Positions 41,959 through 57,242 of a stretch of 64,000 nucleotides of DNA are shown in pieces. Every line of letters begins with the position of its first letter. Positions within the stretch are counted from its first letter, which is position 1. The stretch comes from Octopus vulgaris (lineage: Eukaryota). Position numbers and translations under genes: made by a program. The notes beneath the pieces were generated by a model that saw only the letters and a list, made by a program, of their open reading frames with translations, was not told the origin of the DNA and made no database searches. Location of the stretch: positions 17,670,001-17,734,000 of the forward strand of contig OX597843.1 of assembly GCA_951406725.2 (NCBI GenBank). Direction: 5' to 3'.

Positions 41959-43589
41959 ATATATATATATATATATACACGCGCACACACACACAAGTTT
42001 ATGTATGCATGTGTGTGTCTTTTTATCTGTGTTTGCAACCCCCATCACCGCATGGCAACCGGTGTTGGTGTGTTTACATCTCCGTAACTGAGCAAAAGGG
42101 ACCGATAGAATAAGTATTATTTGTTCGACTAAAAACCTTTGAAAGCGGTGCCCCAGCACGGCCGCGGTCAAATGGCTGAAACAAGCAAAAGAATAAAAGA
42201 TAAAATATTTAATAATTTCTTTTCAGATAATTCCCTAAAAATATTCAATTCTAAAAATATAATAGGGATCTTAAAATATAGAATGAGGGGGAATAAAGGG
42301 GGGGGGGTCTACAAAAAAATTGAGACACACTACTCTAGGTGAAGGGGGGCATCGATCTGCTAGAAATAGCTACAAAATTCACTCGGGTCCTACTAATTAT
42401 TACCTTCAAAAAAAGAAAAAGGACGTATTCGTCTATTTAGTCCTAGATATGCCAAAAGGCAGGATGGTCATACATGGAACGTCTTTGATCACAGGTCTGC
42501 TGAACCAGGATCTGACCTGTGGCTAAATAGCCACAAAAATAACAGCCCCAACAACAATAACAACATGAGCAACACGAGGGAACCTACACGAACCGCTAGA
42601 AATAACGGTTGAAACCACCGCAAAAAAATGAAGGCTACGTTGGAGAATCTAAAATGTGTACAAATATGGTCTGACGATCCCCGATGGGAAGTCTTTCATC
42701 ATATGTCTATAGAAACAAGATTGGCCTAGGGCTAAGAGGAACCACAATGATGAGGAACCAGCGTGAGAGCCACTATGTGGTCGCGCAACATGCTAAAAAC
42801 AACAGCCAAATTATGCTTAAATCACACACTACAGTAAAATATATTTTCAATTATAACCTTAAATCAACCCAGTACTTAACTGCTACTTATACAAACCAAT
42901 GAGGGCGTCTCTAAGTAGACACAGTCTTCTATTATAATTCCATTGACATCTCGGATGTTTTATTGGAATATTAAATCTACCCCAGTATTTCACTGGTATT
43001 ATATTCTATCAGCAACTCAAATATGAGGGGTAAAGTATATCTTGGAATAAACGATAGGAAGGCTATGGTCAGAACGGCTTTGCTGATAGGAGCGACCAGG
43101 GTGGACTGAATCAAAACAAGGACGAGATGACGAACAAAAAATGATCCGCAGCAAATATTTAAAGACTTTACGAATTTAAATATCCCACCTCCATCACCCC
43201 CACCCCCACCACTATTGCAGGTGTGGTTGGGTGGGTGGGTGAGAAGCTTGCATCACAACCTCATGCATTCGGTTTCAATCCCACAGCCCTGCACTTGGGG
43301 CAAATATCTTCTCCGTAGCTCCTGGCCGATTGAGACCTTGTCGGTGAATTTCGTTGACGGAAATTGAAAACAAGCCCCGAGGCCCATCGTGGGGATGCAT
43401 ATTTGTTTATGTGTGTTTGTGTGTGTTTGTGTAGGCGCAGGAGTGGCTGTGTGGTAAGTAGCTTGCTTATCAACCACATGGGTCCAAGTTCAGTCTCACT
43501 GCGTGACACCTTGGGCAAGTGTTTTCTATTATGGCCTCGGGTCGACCAAAGCCTTGTGAGTGGATTTGGTAGACAGAAAGAAGCCCGTC

Positions 43590-43652
<63 letters not shown>

Positions 43653-44253
43653 AATAAATAAAACATATGCATACATACATATATGTACATACCTACATAT
43701 ATATGTATATATACATGCATATGTATATATATATATATGAGTACAGGACACCAGGGGAATATTCCTTGTATTGTTTGTCCTGTACTCTGTTTTTCGTTGT
43801 TAAAAAAAGTCCGTTTCCTTGTTTGATTTTATATTTTCGTTCCTCGTTGTGTTCTACGTTTATTTGTGGTGTCCTGTACTCATATATGCATGTATATATA
43901 CACATAGATGTAGGTATGTACATATATGTATGTATGTATGCATATGTTTCTTATTTCTCCAAGTAAGTTTTTATTATTTATATATATATATATTCTTGTA
44001 TAAGAATTATGAATTTGTTCTTTAGAAAAGTATTGAGTATCAGATTAATGTAAATTTGGTTTTACTATAACTGAACTTAAAAACAAACATTAACATCGGT
44101 TGATAGACAGACAGACAGACAGACAGGCAAACTAAACAGATAAATAGATATGTGCATATAATATAATTTATATTATCATTTGATTGAACGCCACGCATCC
44201 ATTTCCATATATATATATATATCTATCATTCTATCTAGCTATCTATCTATATA

Positions 44254-44304
<51 letters not shown>

Positions 44305-44347
44305 ATATATATGTGTGTATATATATATATATATATGTATGTATATA

Positions 44348-44470
<123 letters not shown>

Positions 44471-44481
44471 GTGTATATATA

Positions 44482-44550
<69 letters not shown>

Positions 44551-44575
44551 CATATATATATATATACACACATAT

Positions 44576-44636
<61 letters not shown>

Positions 44637-44804
44637 TGTATGTATGTATAAAAAATATATAAAATGGGACAAGAACGCAAAACATTCAAATAGACGATAC
44701 GAAAACGGACGGGTCATTCGAAGCCCCTAATCTTCAGTCAAGAACCGGATCATCCTCACAATTTCGGCTGATTAATCTCTCTCTCTCTCTCTAGAGAGTG
44801 AGAG

Positions 44805-44867
<63 letters not shown>

Positions 44868-45343
44868 CAGATAGACAGAGAGATAGATAGATAGATAGAC
44901 AGATAGACAGAGAAATAGATAGATAGATAGATAGATAGACATATTGTTTGTGTTTGTGTTGCGTTTGTCCCTTCTCCCACGGCTTGTCGACCGCTGTTGC
45001 TTTGTTTACGTAACCGTGAGTTTAGCGGTTTGGCGAACGAGAATGATGAAATAAGCCCCAGACATAGTAAAAAGATGAAAAGAAAGAAAAAAAGACAAAA
45101 AAACAAGAGAAAAACATAAGAGGTCGATTTTGTTTGACTAAAAAGAAATCCTCTACTTCAAGGCCGTGCCCCAGCTTGGCCACAGTCCAGTCACTGCTGC
45201 AAGTAAAATATAAAAAAACGAAAGAGTCGATTCGTTGGATGGAAAGCCTTGGAGGCGATGCCCCAGTATGGCCGGAAACAAAATAAATTGAGATAAAAAG
45301 CAGGTAGGAGAGAAGACGTGGTTTGAACGTGCGTGCGTCTTAC

Positions 45344-45950
45344 CTGCAGGTAGGAAAACTTTCCTGGATGACGTCATAACGGCGGGTGGCAGAGTCCTTG
45401 TGGTGGCGGCGAGTGTAGCGGACGTCATCCGGCCGGCGGAGGGGGAGGACTGGAGGTGGGCGCTGACCACACCCAGGGGTAATAACGATGAAGGAGGAGG
45501 AGGAGGAGGCGGTGGTGGTGGTGGCAGGATGGCTGAAGATGCGGAGGGGATTTGCGGCGGCGGCGCACGGGCGGCGTGGCTGGCGGCGGCGGCGGCGGCG
45601 ACGGCTGCTGCTGCCGTGGCTGCTGCTGCTGCCGTTGTGAAGTTGTTGTTGTGGTTGTTGTTGATGGTGGTGGTGGTGGTGGTGGTGGAGGGAGAGGTGT
45701 GACACTTGTTGGTGTAGGTGGCGTTGCTGTCGTTAATATTGCCGCAGATGTTGTTGCTGTTGTTGTTGTTGGTTGTGGTGGGGGCGGCGGTGGCGAACGG
45801 GAAACGTTTGGACAAAGCAGACGACAATGATGACGATGATGACGATGCTGACGATGCTGATGATGATGATGGTAACGAAGCGATGAAGGCGGCGGCGGCG
45901 GGAGGGTTATAGAAGTGAAGTTGTTGCGGTTGTTGTTGTTGTTGGTGTTG

Positions 45951-45982
<32 letters not shown>

Positions 45983-46339
45983 GATGGAGGCGGCGGCGTC
46001 GAGGTGTGTGACTGCAATGGCCGCTGTTGTTGTTGTTCGTCTTCTTCTTCAAAACATCCGTATTTGCCGGGCTGACGTTCTCAATACGTCTAGGGGCCAC
46101 GACGGACGGCGATAGGTGGCGCTGCTGCTGCTGCTGCTCTTTCGGCTGCTGATTGGCCTGCTCTTGTTGTTGTTGTTGCTGTTGTTGTTGTTGATGATGA
46201 TGATGATGGTGGTGGTGGTGGGAGTGGCTAAGGAACCGCTGCTCCTGCTCCTGCTGGTGGTGGTGGTGGTCGTGGTGTGGGTAGTCGACGTAATAGTTAC
46301 TGCTGTTGTTGACAACGGTGGCGGCGGCGGCGACGATGG

Positions 46340-46372
<33 letters not shown>

Positions 46373-46554
46373 TACTACTACTAGTGTAGTTGTGCTGTTG
46401 TTGTTGTTGTTGTTGGTGTTGGTGGTGGTGGTGATGACGATTCGGGTGGGGATGATCAGAGGTGTAGTGTTGGTGGTGGTGGTGGAGGCGGAGAAGCGCG
46501 TGGGGGTGTGTCGGTACCAGCGGTATCGGCGATGGTATCGACGAATGGACTGTC

Positions 46555-46593
<39 letters not shown>

Positions 46594-46898
46594 GGTCGTA
46601 AGTAATGCATGTACGGAAGTGGTGGCGCTAGCAGTAGCGGCGGCGGCGGCGGCGATGGTGGTGGTGGTGGTGGTGAAGAAGTATTCGAGGCGGAGGCAGC
46701 GATGGCGACGGCGTAAGGAATCCTGTTGTTGCTATTGCTACTGTTTCTAGAAAGTGGAAAAGTTGTCGTTGGTGAAGCCTCCGCCAACCCCGCCGCCGCC
46801 GCCGCCGCCGCCGCAGTTCTACCATTGTTGTTGCTGTTGTTGATGTTGGACGACCGAGTTGCCATGAACAACGACTCCGATTCCAGTGGCAAGCCCAT
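45344..46898 (-). CDS. Putative large coding exon, low-complexity Q/H/P/S/A/N-rich disordered protein
   Basis: 518 codons open from ATG 46898 (GCT-ATG-G context) in a GC-rich island; composition changes at a strong donor CAG|GTAAGA (45344/45343), phase 1; no recognisable domain. Confidence 0.6.
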
Positions 46899-46980
46899 AG
46901 CCGTCGCCACACTACCGTTTGTTCCCGCCGTGCCGCGTCCGAAGCCACCGCCGCCGCCGCCTCCACTCTTGTTCCCTAGG

Positions 46981-47022
<42 letters not shown>

Positions 47023-47058
47023 TTACTACTACTACTATTACTACTACTACTACTACAA

Positions 47059-47290
47059 GGCGGCGAGTTGGCAGACACGTTAGCGCGCCGGGCGAAATGC
47101 TTATCGGTATTTCGTCTGTCGTTATGTTCTGAGTTCAAATTCCGCCGAGGTCGACTTTGCCTTTCATCCTTTCGGGGTCGATAAATTAAGTACCAGTTTC
47201 GCTCCGGGGTCGATGTAATCGACTTAATCCCTTTGTCTGTCCTTGTTTGTCCCCTCTGTGTTTAGCCCCTTGTGGGTAGTAAAGAAATAT
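47059..47290 (+). mobile_element. Octopus OK-like SINE inserted in a (CTA)n tract
   Basis: GGCGGCGAGTTGGCAG head, B box GAGTTCAAATTCC, gtcgactttgcctttcatcc core; partial minus copy at 22545-22650; family name from recall. Confidence 0.85.
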
Positions 47291-48523
47291 ACTACTACTA
47301 CTACTACTACTAGTGGTAGTAGTAACGGATGATAAAGATGCGGTTGTTAAGGAAAGATGCGAAGATGAAGACAGCGGCGGAGGTAATGGTGGTGGTGGTG
47401 GTGGTGGTGGTGGTAGAGATAAAGGAAGGCTGCGACGACGACGATGACGGCGGGAGAGAGGAAGAGGTGGAGGAAGAAACGGAAGGGGTGGGAGAAGAAG
47501 AAAACGGTGCAGTTGGGGGGGGGTGAAGAGTGAGTGAAGGCGGTGGGCATGGGGTTTGGGGTTAGAGTTGGGGTGAGGGTGTCTGTGGCGGACATCTGCG
47601 TCGGTCGGAAGTGAACCCCGAACGGCAGCACCTGCCGCCGCCGCCGCCGCGGCAATGACACACGGACGTAGTTGCAGCTAGTGTTGTTGTTGTTTTTGCT
47701 GTTGTCGGTGATGTAGTGTCGATGATGATGATGATGATGTTGACAGAGATTGTGATGATGATGATGGTTGTGGTGATGCAGATGACCTCGTCTCTGTTGC
47801 TGTTGTTGTTGGAAATGGTGGCGGTGGTGGCATTGGTGGTGTCGGTGGCGCCTCCTGGGACATCCGGGTTAGCGACGTCCCTTGGACCACACCGTCTCCG
47901 CTGCCACTTCCACAATTCCATGTCTCCACAACCATCGTCACCACCACCACCACTACCACCATCACTATCACCACGACCACCACGACCACCACGACCACCA
48001 CGACGACCACCACGACGACGACGACGACCACCACCACCACCACCATCAATTTCATCGTGGTTTATCAAACAAGCGACGCCGCCGCCGCTAGTGGCGTTGG
48101 CGAAATTCGAACCACCGCTTGCTTCCCAACCACATGGTTCCGGGTTCAGTCCCACTGTGTGGCATCTTGGGCAAGTGTCTTCTGCTATAGCCTAGGGCCC
48201 ACGTCGTCGCGCACGAGCTGATCGACGGAGTTTAGCGTCGCATCGTACACCTTCCGCGAGACGGTATCCATGGTGATGAAAGCTGCCGTCTCCGACGTTG
48301 CTATGGCAGCAGCGGCGACGGCGGAGGATGGAGACGCAGGCAATGAGAACGCTGGCGGTGGTGGCGGTGGTGGCGGCGGCGAGAAGCGGAGGATTTTTAA
48401 CGGATCGCTTCCGCCAACACCGCTTCTTCCCACTGGAGTTAAACGCTGCCGCCGCCGCCGCCGCCGTCCGGCCCATGTTGGCAAATGTTGTTGCTGCTGT
48501 TATAATCGTCGTCGTCGTCGTCG

Positions 48524-49003
48524 TGGTAGCTTGCTTACCAACCACATGGTTCCGGGTTCAGTCCCACTGCGTGGTATCTTGGGCAAGTGTCTTCTGCTAT
48601 ACCCCGGGCCGACCAAAGCCTTGTGAGTGGATTTGGTAGACGGAAACTGAAGAAGCCCGTCCCGGGCCGACCAAAGCCTTGTGAGTGGATTTGGTAGACG
48701 GAAACTGAAAGAAGCCTGTCGTATATATATATATATGCATATAGATATGTATATATATATATATATATATATATCATGTGTGTGTGTGTGTTTGTGTGTC
48801 TGTGTTTATCCCCCTAGCATATATATATATATATATTACTGGTGTGTTTACGTCCCCGTCACCTAGCGGTTCGGCAAAAGAGACCGATAGAATGAGTACA
48901 CACACGTATACATATACATATAGTCGACAGGGGTTGATTTGCTCGACTAAAGGCGGTGCTCCAGCATGGCCGCAGTCAAATGACTGAAACAAGTAAAAGT
49001 AAA
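48524..49003 (+). mobile_element. Major SINE family copy with a tandem internal duplication of about 58 bp
   Basis: cccgggccgaccaaagcc..gaagcc repeated at 48603 and 48661; a further head fragment at 48116-48198. Confidence 0.85.
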
Positions 49004-49013
49004 ATAAGTAACG

Positions 49014-49046
<33 letters not shown>

Positions 49047-49121
49047 ATAACACTTTAAACAACGCATTCAATGCATATTTACATAATCATACTTATATAT
49101 ACATCCACGACTCAACACGTG

Positions 49122-49160
<39 letters not shown>

Positions 49161-49161
<1 letters not shown>

Positions 49162-49368
49162 AAGTTAATCCAAACAAGAAAGCACAAAAAAAAACACAAC
49201 AACGCGAGGACGTGGAACAAATATAGTATTATTGGACGTTCAGGAAGGAAGGAAAGAAGGAGGGTTTAACGTTTCGAGCGGAGCTCTTCGTCGGAAACAT
49301 AGGAGAAGGAAAGATCCAGAGAAGGGAAGACAAACGAAAAAAATCGCCAACGGTACACACGAGGTCAC
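49161..49368 (-). mobile_element. Family A element with intact C4-variant HHR at 49264-49298
   Basis: Motif identical to 12063-12097; (TA)n on both sides. Confidence 0.8.
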
Positions 49369-49369
49369 A

Positions 49370-49397
<28 letters not shown>

Positions 49398-49400
<3 letters not shown>

Positions 49401-49650
49401 GAGGAGCGTGGCTAAGTGGTTATGGTGTCAGCATCATGATCGTAAGATTGAGGTTTCGATCCCTGGACCAGGTTACGCGTTGTGTTCTTGAACAAAATTT
49501 TCATTTCACGTTGCTCCAGTTCACTCAGCTGGCAAAAATGAGTAACGCTGCGATGGACCGACGTCCCGTCCAGCTGGGGAACACATACATACGTCATAGA
49601 AACCGGGAAACTGGGCTTATCAGCCTGGCTAGGCTTTAAAAGGGCGCATT
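49398..49650 (+). mobile_element. tRNA-derived SINE
   Basis: A box TGGCTAAGTGG, B box GGTTTCGATCCC; related minus-strand copy at about 850-1070. Confidence 0.75.
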
Positions 49651-49661
49651 TATTATATATA

Positions 49662-50035
49662 TGGCTGTGTGGTAAGTAGCTTGTTTACCAACCACATGGT
49701 TCCGGGTTCAGCCCCACTGCGTGGCACCTTGTGCAAGTGTCTTCTACTATAGCCTCGGGCCGACCAAAGCCTTGTGAGTGGATTTGGTAGACGGAAACTG
49801 AAAGAAGCCCGTCGTATATATGTATATATATGTATATGTGTATGTGTGTGTTTGTGTGTCTGTGTTTGTCCCCCTAGCATTGCTTGACAACCGATGCTGG
49901 TGTGTTTACGTCCCCGTTACTTAGCAGTTCGGCAAAAGAGACCGATAGAATAAGTACTGAGTTGCTCGATTAAAAGGCGGTGCTCCAGCATGGCCGCAGT
50001 CAAATGACTGAAACAAGTAAAAGAGTAAAAAGAGT
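49662..50035 (+). mobile_element. Major SINE family copy
   Basis: Colinear with the family sequence. Confidence 0.9.
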
Positions 50036-50211
50036 ATATGTGTGTGTGTGTGTGTATGTATGTGTATATACTATGGGCTTCTTCCAGTTTCCGTCTACCA
50101 AATCCAGTAACAAGGCTATAATAGAAGACGCTTAGACAATGAACGCCGAACCGTGTGGTTGGCAAGTAGACGTCTTCATCACACGGCTCCGCCTGCGTCG
50201 AGCATATATTT

Positions 50212-50262
<51 letters not shown>

Positions 50263-50453
50263 TTATATTTTGCTTTGAGTCATCCAATCAACTTTTCCCC
50301 TTCGTATTTTTTTCTTAGCTTTGCTCAAAGCGTTCCGTTGTTTTCTTTATCCTAAAAAACACGTATTAAAGAGACCCTAGCATGAATGAGGGGATTACAT
50401 GAAATACGACGACCTTGTGTGTGAGTGTGTGTGTGTTTGTATATGCATAATAC

Positions 50454-50523
<70 letters not shown>

Positions 50524-50617
50524 GACCTTTATATAAATAAATAACGTGAAATACACGAAGAGACGAACATATATATATAGGCATATATGTGTGTGTGTGT
50601 GTTTGTATAAACATTAT

Positions 50618-50737
<120 letters not shown>

Positions 50738-50871
50738 TTAGAGATAAAACCACTATTAGGCAGATCAAACAATGAAAATCATAAGCCAATACATAGAAAT
50801 ACAATTAATTAAAAAAAAATATAAAATATAAAATAAAAAAATATAAAATTCCAAATTAAGATATTCCAAAT

Positions 50872-50909
<38 letters not shown>

Positions 50910-50912
<3 letters not shown>

Positions 50913-51123
50913 TTTTATTTCTTTCAGTCACTTAACTGTGGCCAGGCTGGAGTACCACCGTTTTAGTGAGGGAAATCGACCCGAGGACTTATTCTTTGTG
51001 AGCCTGGTATTTATTCTATCGTTCCTTTCTGCCAAACCGCTAAGTTACGGGGGACGTAAACACACCAACATCGGCTGTCAAGCGATGGTGGTGGGGACAA
51101 ACATAGACGTAAAGACACACACA

Positions 51124-51157
<34 letters not shown>

Positions 51158-51295
51158 ACGGGCTTCTTTCAGTTTCCGTTTACCAAATTCCCTCACAAGG
51201 CTTCGGTCGACCCGAGGCTATAATAGAAAAACACTTGCCCAAGGTGCCACGCAGTGGGACTGAACCTGGGCTGCGAAGTAAACTTCTTACCCACC
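50910..51295 (-). mobile_element. Major SINE family copy
   Basis: Reverse complement of the family sequence. Confidence 0.85.
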
Positions 51296-51404
51296 CCCAT
51301 ATATATATATATATATATGAACATAGATACATACACACATATGTATATACATATATATATATACATATATATATACATACATACATATATATACTTATAT
51401 ATAT

Positions 51405-51492
<88 letters not shown>

Positions 51493-51702
51493 GACAGTTG
51501 ATGATTGATTTTGATATATTTCTCCATTTTCTCATTTTGTATATATATATACATATATTTATATACATATATATATACATACATATATGCATATATATAT
51601 ACATACATATATACATACATATATACATATATATACATACATGTATACATATATATACATACATATATATATATATATACATACATACATACACACACAC
51701 AA

Positions 51703-51747
<45 letters not shown>

Positions 51748-51791
51748 GTATGTATGTATGTATGTATGTTTATATAGGTATCTTAAATAAA

Positions 51792-51843
<52 letters not shown>

Positions 51844-51919
51844 GTATGTATGTATGTTTATTGGTGCAAACCGACAAAATAGTTTTCAAGATATGAGTAA
51901 ATGTATATTCTTGTAAATA

Positions 51920-52032
51920 ATTTAGCAGAAGTAACAGAGTGACTCCAGGTCCGAGGGTTTCGAGTGGAGGCACTTTTTGCTGACGTTCCAAACTCACGCG
52001 CCTTGAGTCACTCCTTCACTTCCGCTAAATAT
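51920..52032. repeat. Short diverged inverted repeat with possible HHR remnant
   Basis: tttagcagaagt..gagtgactc / gagtcactc..acttccgctaaa; minus-strand AGTG(CCTC)CACT-C-GAAAC in the spacer. Confidence 0.5.
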
Positions 52033-52181
52033 TAATATATATATATATATGTAAAGGTATGTAGAAAAATACAACATGGACAAGAACGTATAACTCTTAG
52101 AAGACGACACAATAAACACTATGTGTATATATCTGCGTATATGTGTTTGTGGAATATGTGTGTGTGTGTGTGTGTGTTTAA

Positions 52182-52354
<173 letters not shown>

Positions 52355-52680
52355 CATCTATCTATCTATCTATCTATCCATCTATCTATCTATCTATCTA
52401 TCTAGCTATCTCTCTCTCTATCTATCTATGTATCCGTCTATCTATCTATCTATCTATCGATTGATCTGTGAATTGCTCGAAATGTGGAGTAGATAAAGAG
52501 CTGACAATTGATGAAGGGTTGTTCTTTTATGTTCTTTTATGTTGCTTGTCTTGTTGTCCATTTCTTTCTCTCGTTGTTCGCAAAACAAAAGTTTGTCTTC
52601 GTATTGCATGTTGTTTACGTTTTGTGAAGTCCTGTACTCATATATGCATGTATACATATGTATATATGTGTGTGTGTGTG

Positions 52681-52740
<60 letters not shown>

Positions 52741-52887
52741 ACAGAAAATATATATTCTTGGTATGAGGCGAAACAGCCTGCTTCTAGCCCTTATATATAT
52801 ATATATATATAAATTTGTCGTATACATACGAAATATAAATAATACATGAAAAACACAGAAAAATTATTTACCATTTTTTATTTCATT

Positions 52888-52968
<81 letters not shown>

Positions 52969-53004
52969 CATATATATAATATACATATATATATATATAT
53001 ATAC

Positions 53005-53083
<79 letters not shown>

Positions 53084-53545
53084 ATCTCCTTCCCGGGCCA
53101 TGTACGGGTCATGAGGACCCGTTTACCGATTTTAGTGGCCAATATTTCCCACCTGGATGGGACGCTAGCCCATAGCAGGATTACTCATTTATATGTATAT
53201 AGTATGTTCGCTTTAGTGATTGTAAATAGACAACATAATATGCGTACATATATACATGCATATACACAGACGCACACACACACTCACATGTATATTTATG
53301 TAAGAATGTATGTATGTGTTTGTATATTCGTGCGTATATGTAATGTCTCTATGTGTGTGTTTGTATTCATGGTTGGAAGTGTGGGTGTGTGTGTGTCTAT
53401 GTATATGCATGCATATATATATATGTATGTATGTAGGTATATATGAAAGTATTTTACAGGTGATGCAGACAATACGTGGTAAATATCCTTCCGTGAAACG
53501 GATTCACTAAAGGGCTCAATAAAATCAGTGAGTGAGTGTATGTAT

Positions 53546-53576
<31 letters not shown>

Positions 53577-53584
53577 CACATATC

Positions 53585-53636
<52 letters not shown>

Positions 53637-53696
53637 ATACTTGTTCCACGTTCTCGCGTTGTTGTGTGTGCTCTTTGTGTTTTCATATTTGGATTA

Positions 53697-53888
<192 letters not shown>

Positions 53889-53889
53889 T

Positions 53890-54153
53890 GATAAAACGGT
53901 AAGATAACAAAAGAAAGAAAGAGACCTCAATATTATGTAAATAGAGGAAATTTATCTATACAATATGTTACATTACTCGGTAGTCAAGATAAAACTCTGA
54001 GTTTCAGATGCCGAAGTGGAAATCCACAACACCATCTCTTCGGTTATTGTATATATAAAATATATATAAAAAAAATTAAATATAATATATTTTTGGATTT
54101 CCACTTCGGCATCTGAAACTCAGAGTTTTATCTTGACTACCGAGTAATGTAAC

Positions 54154-54158
<5 letters not shown>
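53890..54158 (-). mobile_element. Fold-back element with C4-variant HHR at 53989-54047
   Basis: ATAA-CCGAAGA-GATG..GTGGA/TCCAC..CATC-T-GAAAC-TCAGA-GTT-TTAT; arms 53962-54026 / 54094-54158. Confidence 0.75.
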
Positions 54159-54208
<50 letters not shown>

Positions 54209-54265
54209 TATCATCTGTTATTTGATGTTTTATTGATTTAAGTATGTTTCTCTATTTTCTAATTT

Positions 54266-54331
<66 letters not shown>

Positions 54332-54425
54332 CATTTTTACACACACACATATAAACTTTAAATTACAGTGAGCCGGATCAATCTGTTATAAATAAAAAAA
54401 TATGTATATTATATATACCTATTTA

Positions 54426-54521
<96 letters not shown>

Positions 54522-54913
54522 CCTATCTATCTAGGTATATATATGTGTGTGTGTGTGTTAGTAATTATATATATATGCATTTTATATAAAAAATATAAAC
54601 AAATATTCATATACTTGTGTAGATCTTGATCACTTGTATAAACGTATATATATATATATATACATTTGCGTTTGTATGTGTGTGTATGTAAATATGGATG
54701 TTTGCACATAAAATATCTATGTATATACCCGTATAAATAAGTATAAATATATATATTTAGATACATACATACACAAATACCTGTATGCACGTGTATGTGG
54801 GTATGTTCACATGTTGTATGTATATAGATATGTGTGAGTGTGTATGTATCTATGTGTGCATGTATGTATATATGAATGTATGCATTTATGCATGTTTGTA
54901 TAAACGTATGTAA

Positions 54914-54970
<57 letters not shown>

Positions 54971-54987
54971 TACATATATACATATCT

Positions 54988-55202
54988 CTTTTTACTCTTT
55001 TACTTGTTTCAGTCATGTGACTGTGGCCATGCTGGAGCACCGTCTTTAGTCGATCAAATCGCCCCAGGACTCATTTTTTGTAAGCCTAGTACTTATTTTA
55101 TCCGTCTCTTTTTGGCCGAACCGCTAAGTTACGGGGATGTAAACACACCAGCATCGGTTGTCAAGCGATGTTGGGGGGACAAACACAGACACAGAAACAA
55201 GC

Positions 55203-55276
<74 letters not shown>

Positions 55277-55347
55277 TCTTCTGCTATAGCCTCGCGTCGA
55301 CAAAAGGCGTGATTTAATTTGGTAAAGGGAAACTGAAAGAAGCCCGT

Positions 55348-55395
<48 letters not shown>

Positions 55396-55595
55396 TATGT
55401 TTGTGTGCCTATGCTTGTCCTCACACCGATGTTGGTGGGTTTACGCCCCCGTGACTTGGAGATTCGGCATAAGAGAAGGAAAGAATAAGTACTAGGCTTA
55501 CAACGAGTAAGTCCTGGGTTCGATTTGTTCGACTAAAGGGGGTGCTCCAGCAGGGCCGCTGTCAAATTACTGAAACAAATGAACGAATAAAAGAA
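54988..55595. mobile_element. Two partial major-family SINEs, divergent orientation (54988-55200 -, 55273-55595 +)
   Basis: Homology to the family sequence. Confidence 0.8.
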
Positions 55596-55740
55596 TATGT
55601 ATGTATATACATATATATATTTACACGCATAGAAGATGTGAGTGTGTGTATATATATAAATATACATTTATACACACATACATATATATAAATACATACA
55701 TTTATACACACATATATATAAATACATATTATATATACAT

Positions 55741-55771
<31 letters not shown>

Positions 55772-55828
55772 CACATACATATATATATATAGATATATAT
55801 ATATATATACATACATATATATAAATAG

Positions 55829-55876
<48 letters not shown>

Positions 55877-56331
55877 TTATATATACATACATATATATAT
55901 ATAAATGCACTTACATATATATATATACATATATATATATGCATACATATATATATATATATATACATACATACATATATATACACATACATACATAAAT
56001 ATACACATACGTACTTATATATATATACATACAGAAAAACCCATAGAAATGGATCAAAATGAATATACAACAAAGGAATGCCAAACTCATCGATTTAGTC
56101 TCAGAGATGAAATTCTGTTTTGAGAAATTTCAGTTACTCAACCAAGTTTTAGAAAAATAATATATTTTAAATGTTCTTCAATTAAGTGATGATGACATTG
56201 TTGGTAAATCAGTAATTTAGGCGTAGGAGTGGCTGTGTGGTAAGTACCTTGTTTACCAACCACATGGTTCCGGCTACATATATACATACATACATACATA
56301 CATATATACATACATATAAACATATATATAC

Positions 56332-56409
<78 letters not shown>

Positions 56410-56534
56410 ACATTTTCCGTCTAACAATTCCACTCACAAGGTTGTCGTCGGCCCATGTCTATAGTAGTGCCTGGTAGTGGGACTGAACGCAGAATCATGT
56501 GGTTGGGAAGCAAGCTGCTTACTACACACCCACT

Positions 56535-56583
<49 letters not shown>

Positions 56584-56628
56584 TGTATAAAAGATCGTGC
56601 GTAAGGCCAAAACAATCGGAAAATCAGG

Positions 56629-56668
<40 letters not shown>

Positions 56669-56980
56669 TCTTACTCTTTTACTCTTTTACTTGTTTCAGT
56701 CATTTGATATATAATCGAGCAACTACTTATTCTTTTTGTAATAGTACTTATTCTATCGGACTCTTTTCGAACCGCACACAAGTGACAACACACCAGCATC
56801 GGTTGTCAGAGAAAGCTAGGGGGACAAACACAGACACACAAACAAACACATATACATATATATATATATCTATAACACTACTTACAGTTTCCGTCTACAA
56901 ATCACAAGGCATTTCTATTTGGACTGAACAAAAAATGTGGTTGGTTTCTTCTACTCCTTTTCTAAATTTAATTATTTAAT

Positions 56981-57028
56981 CGTTACAGTTGAAAAGGTCT
57001 CAAAATGACCGAAACCGGTACTGAAATG
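56981..57028 (+). ncRNA. Minimal type I hammerhead, U3-A8 variant (second copy)
   Basis: Same sequence as 5630-5677 in the opposite orientation, inside solo fragment 56958-57078. Confidence 0.8.
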
Positions 57029-57072
57029 TTCTTTATAAAATTATTTTAGCATTTTCTATTTTTGACTTGTTT

Positions 57073-57152
<80 letters not shown>

Positions 57153-57195
57153 GTATATATATATATATACACATATACATATATTCATATAAACA

Positions 57196-57242
<47 letters not shown>

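Noticed and set aside
45153-47138. The 661-aa ORF as a single-exon CDS
   Set aside because: Its TTG start lies in an antisense SINE and its last 63 or so codons run past a strong splice donor into SINE-derived sequence.
45400-48639. Plus-strand ORFs in the GC-rich island
   Set aside because: They are antisense shadows of trinucleotide repeats (poly-L/V/M), fragmented and without splice support.
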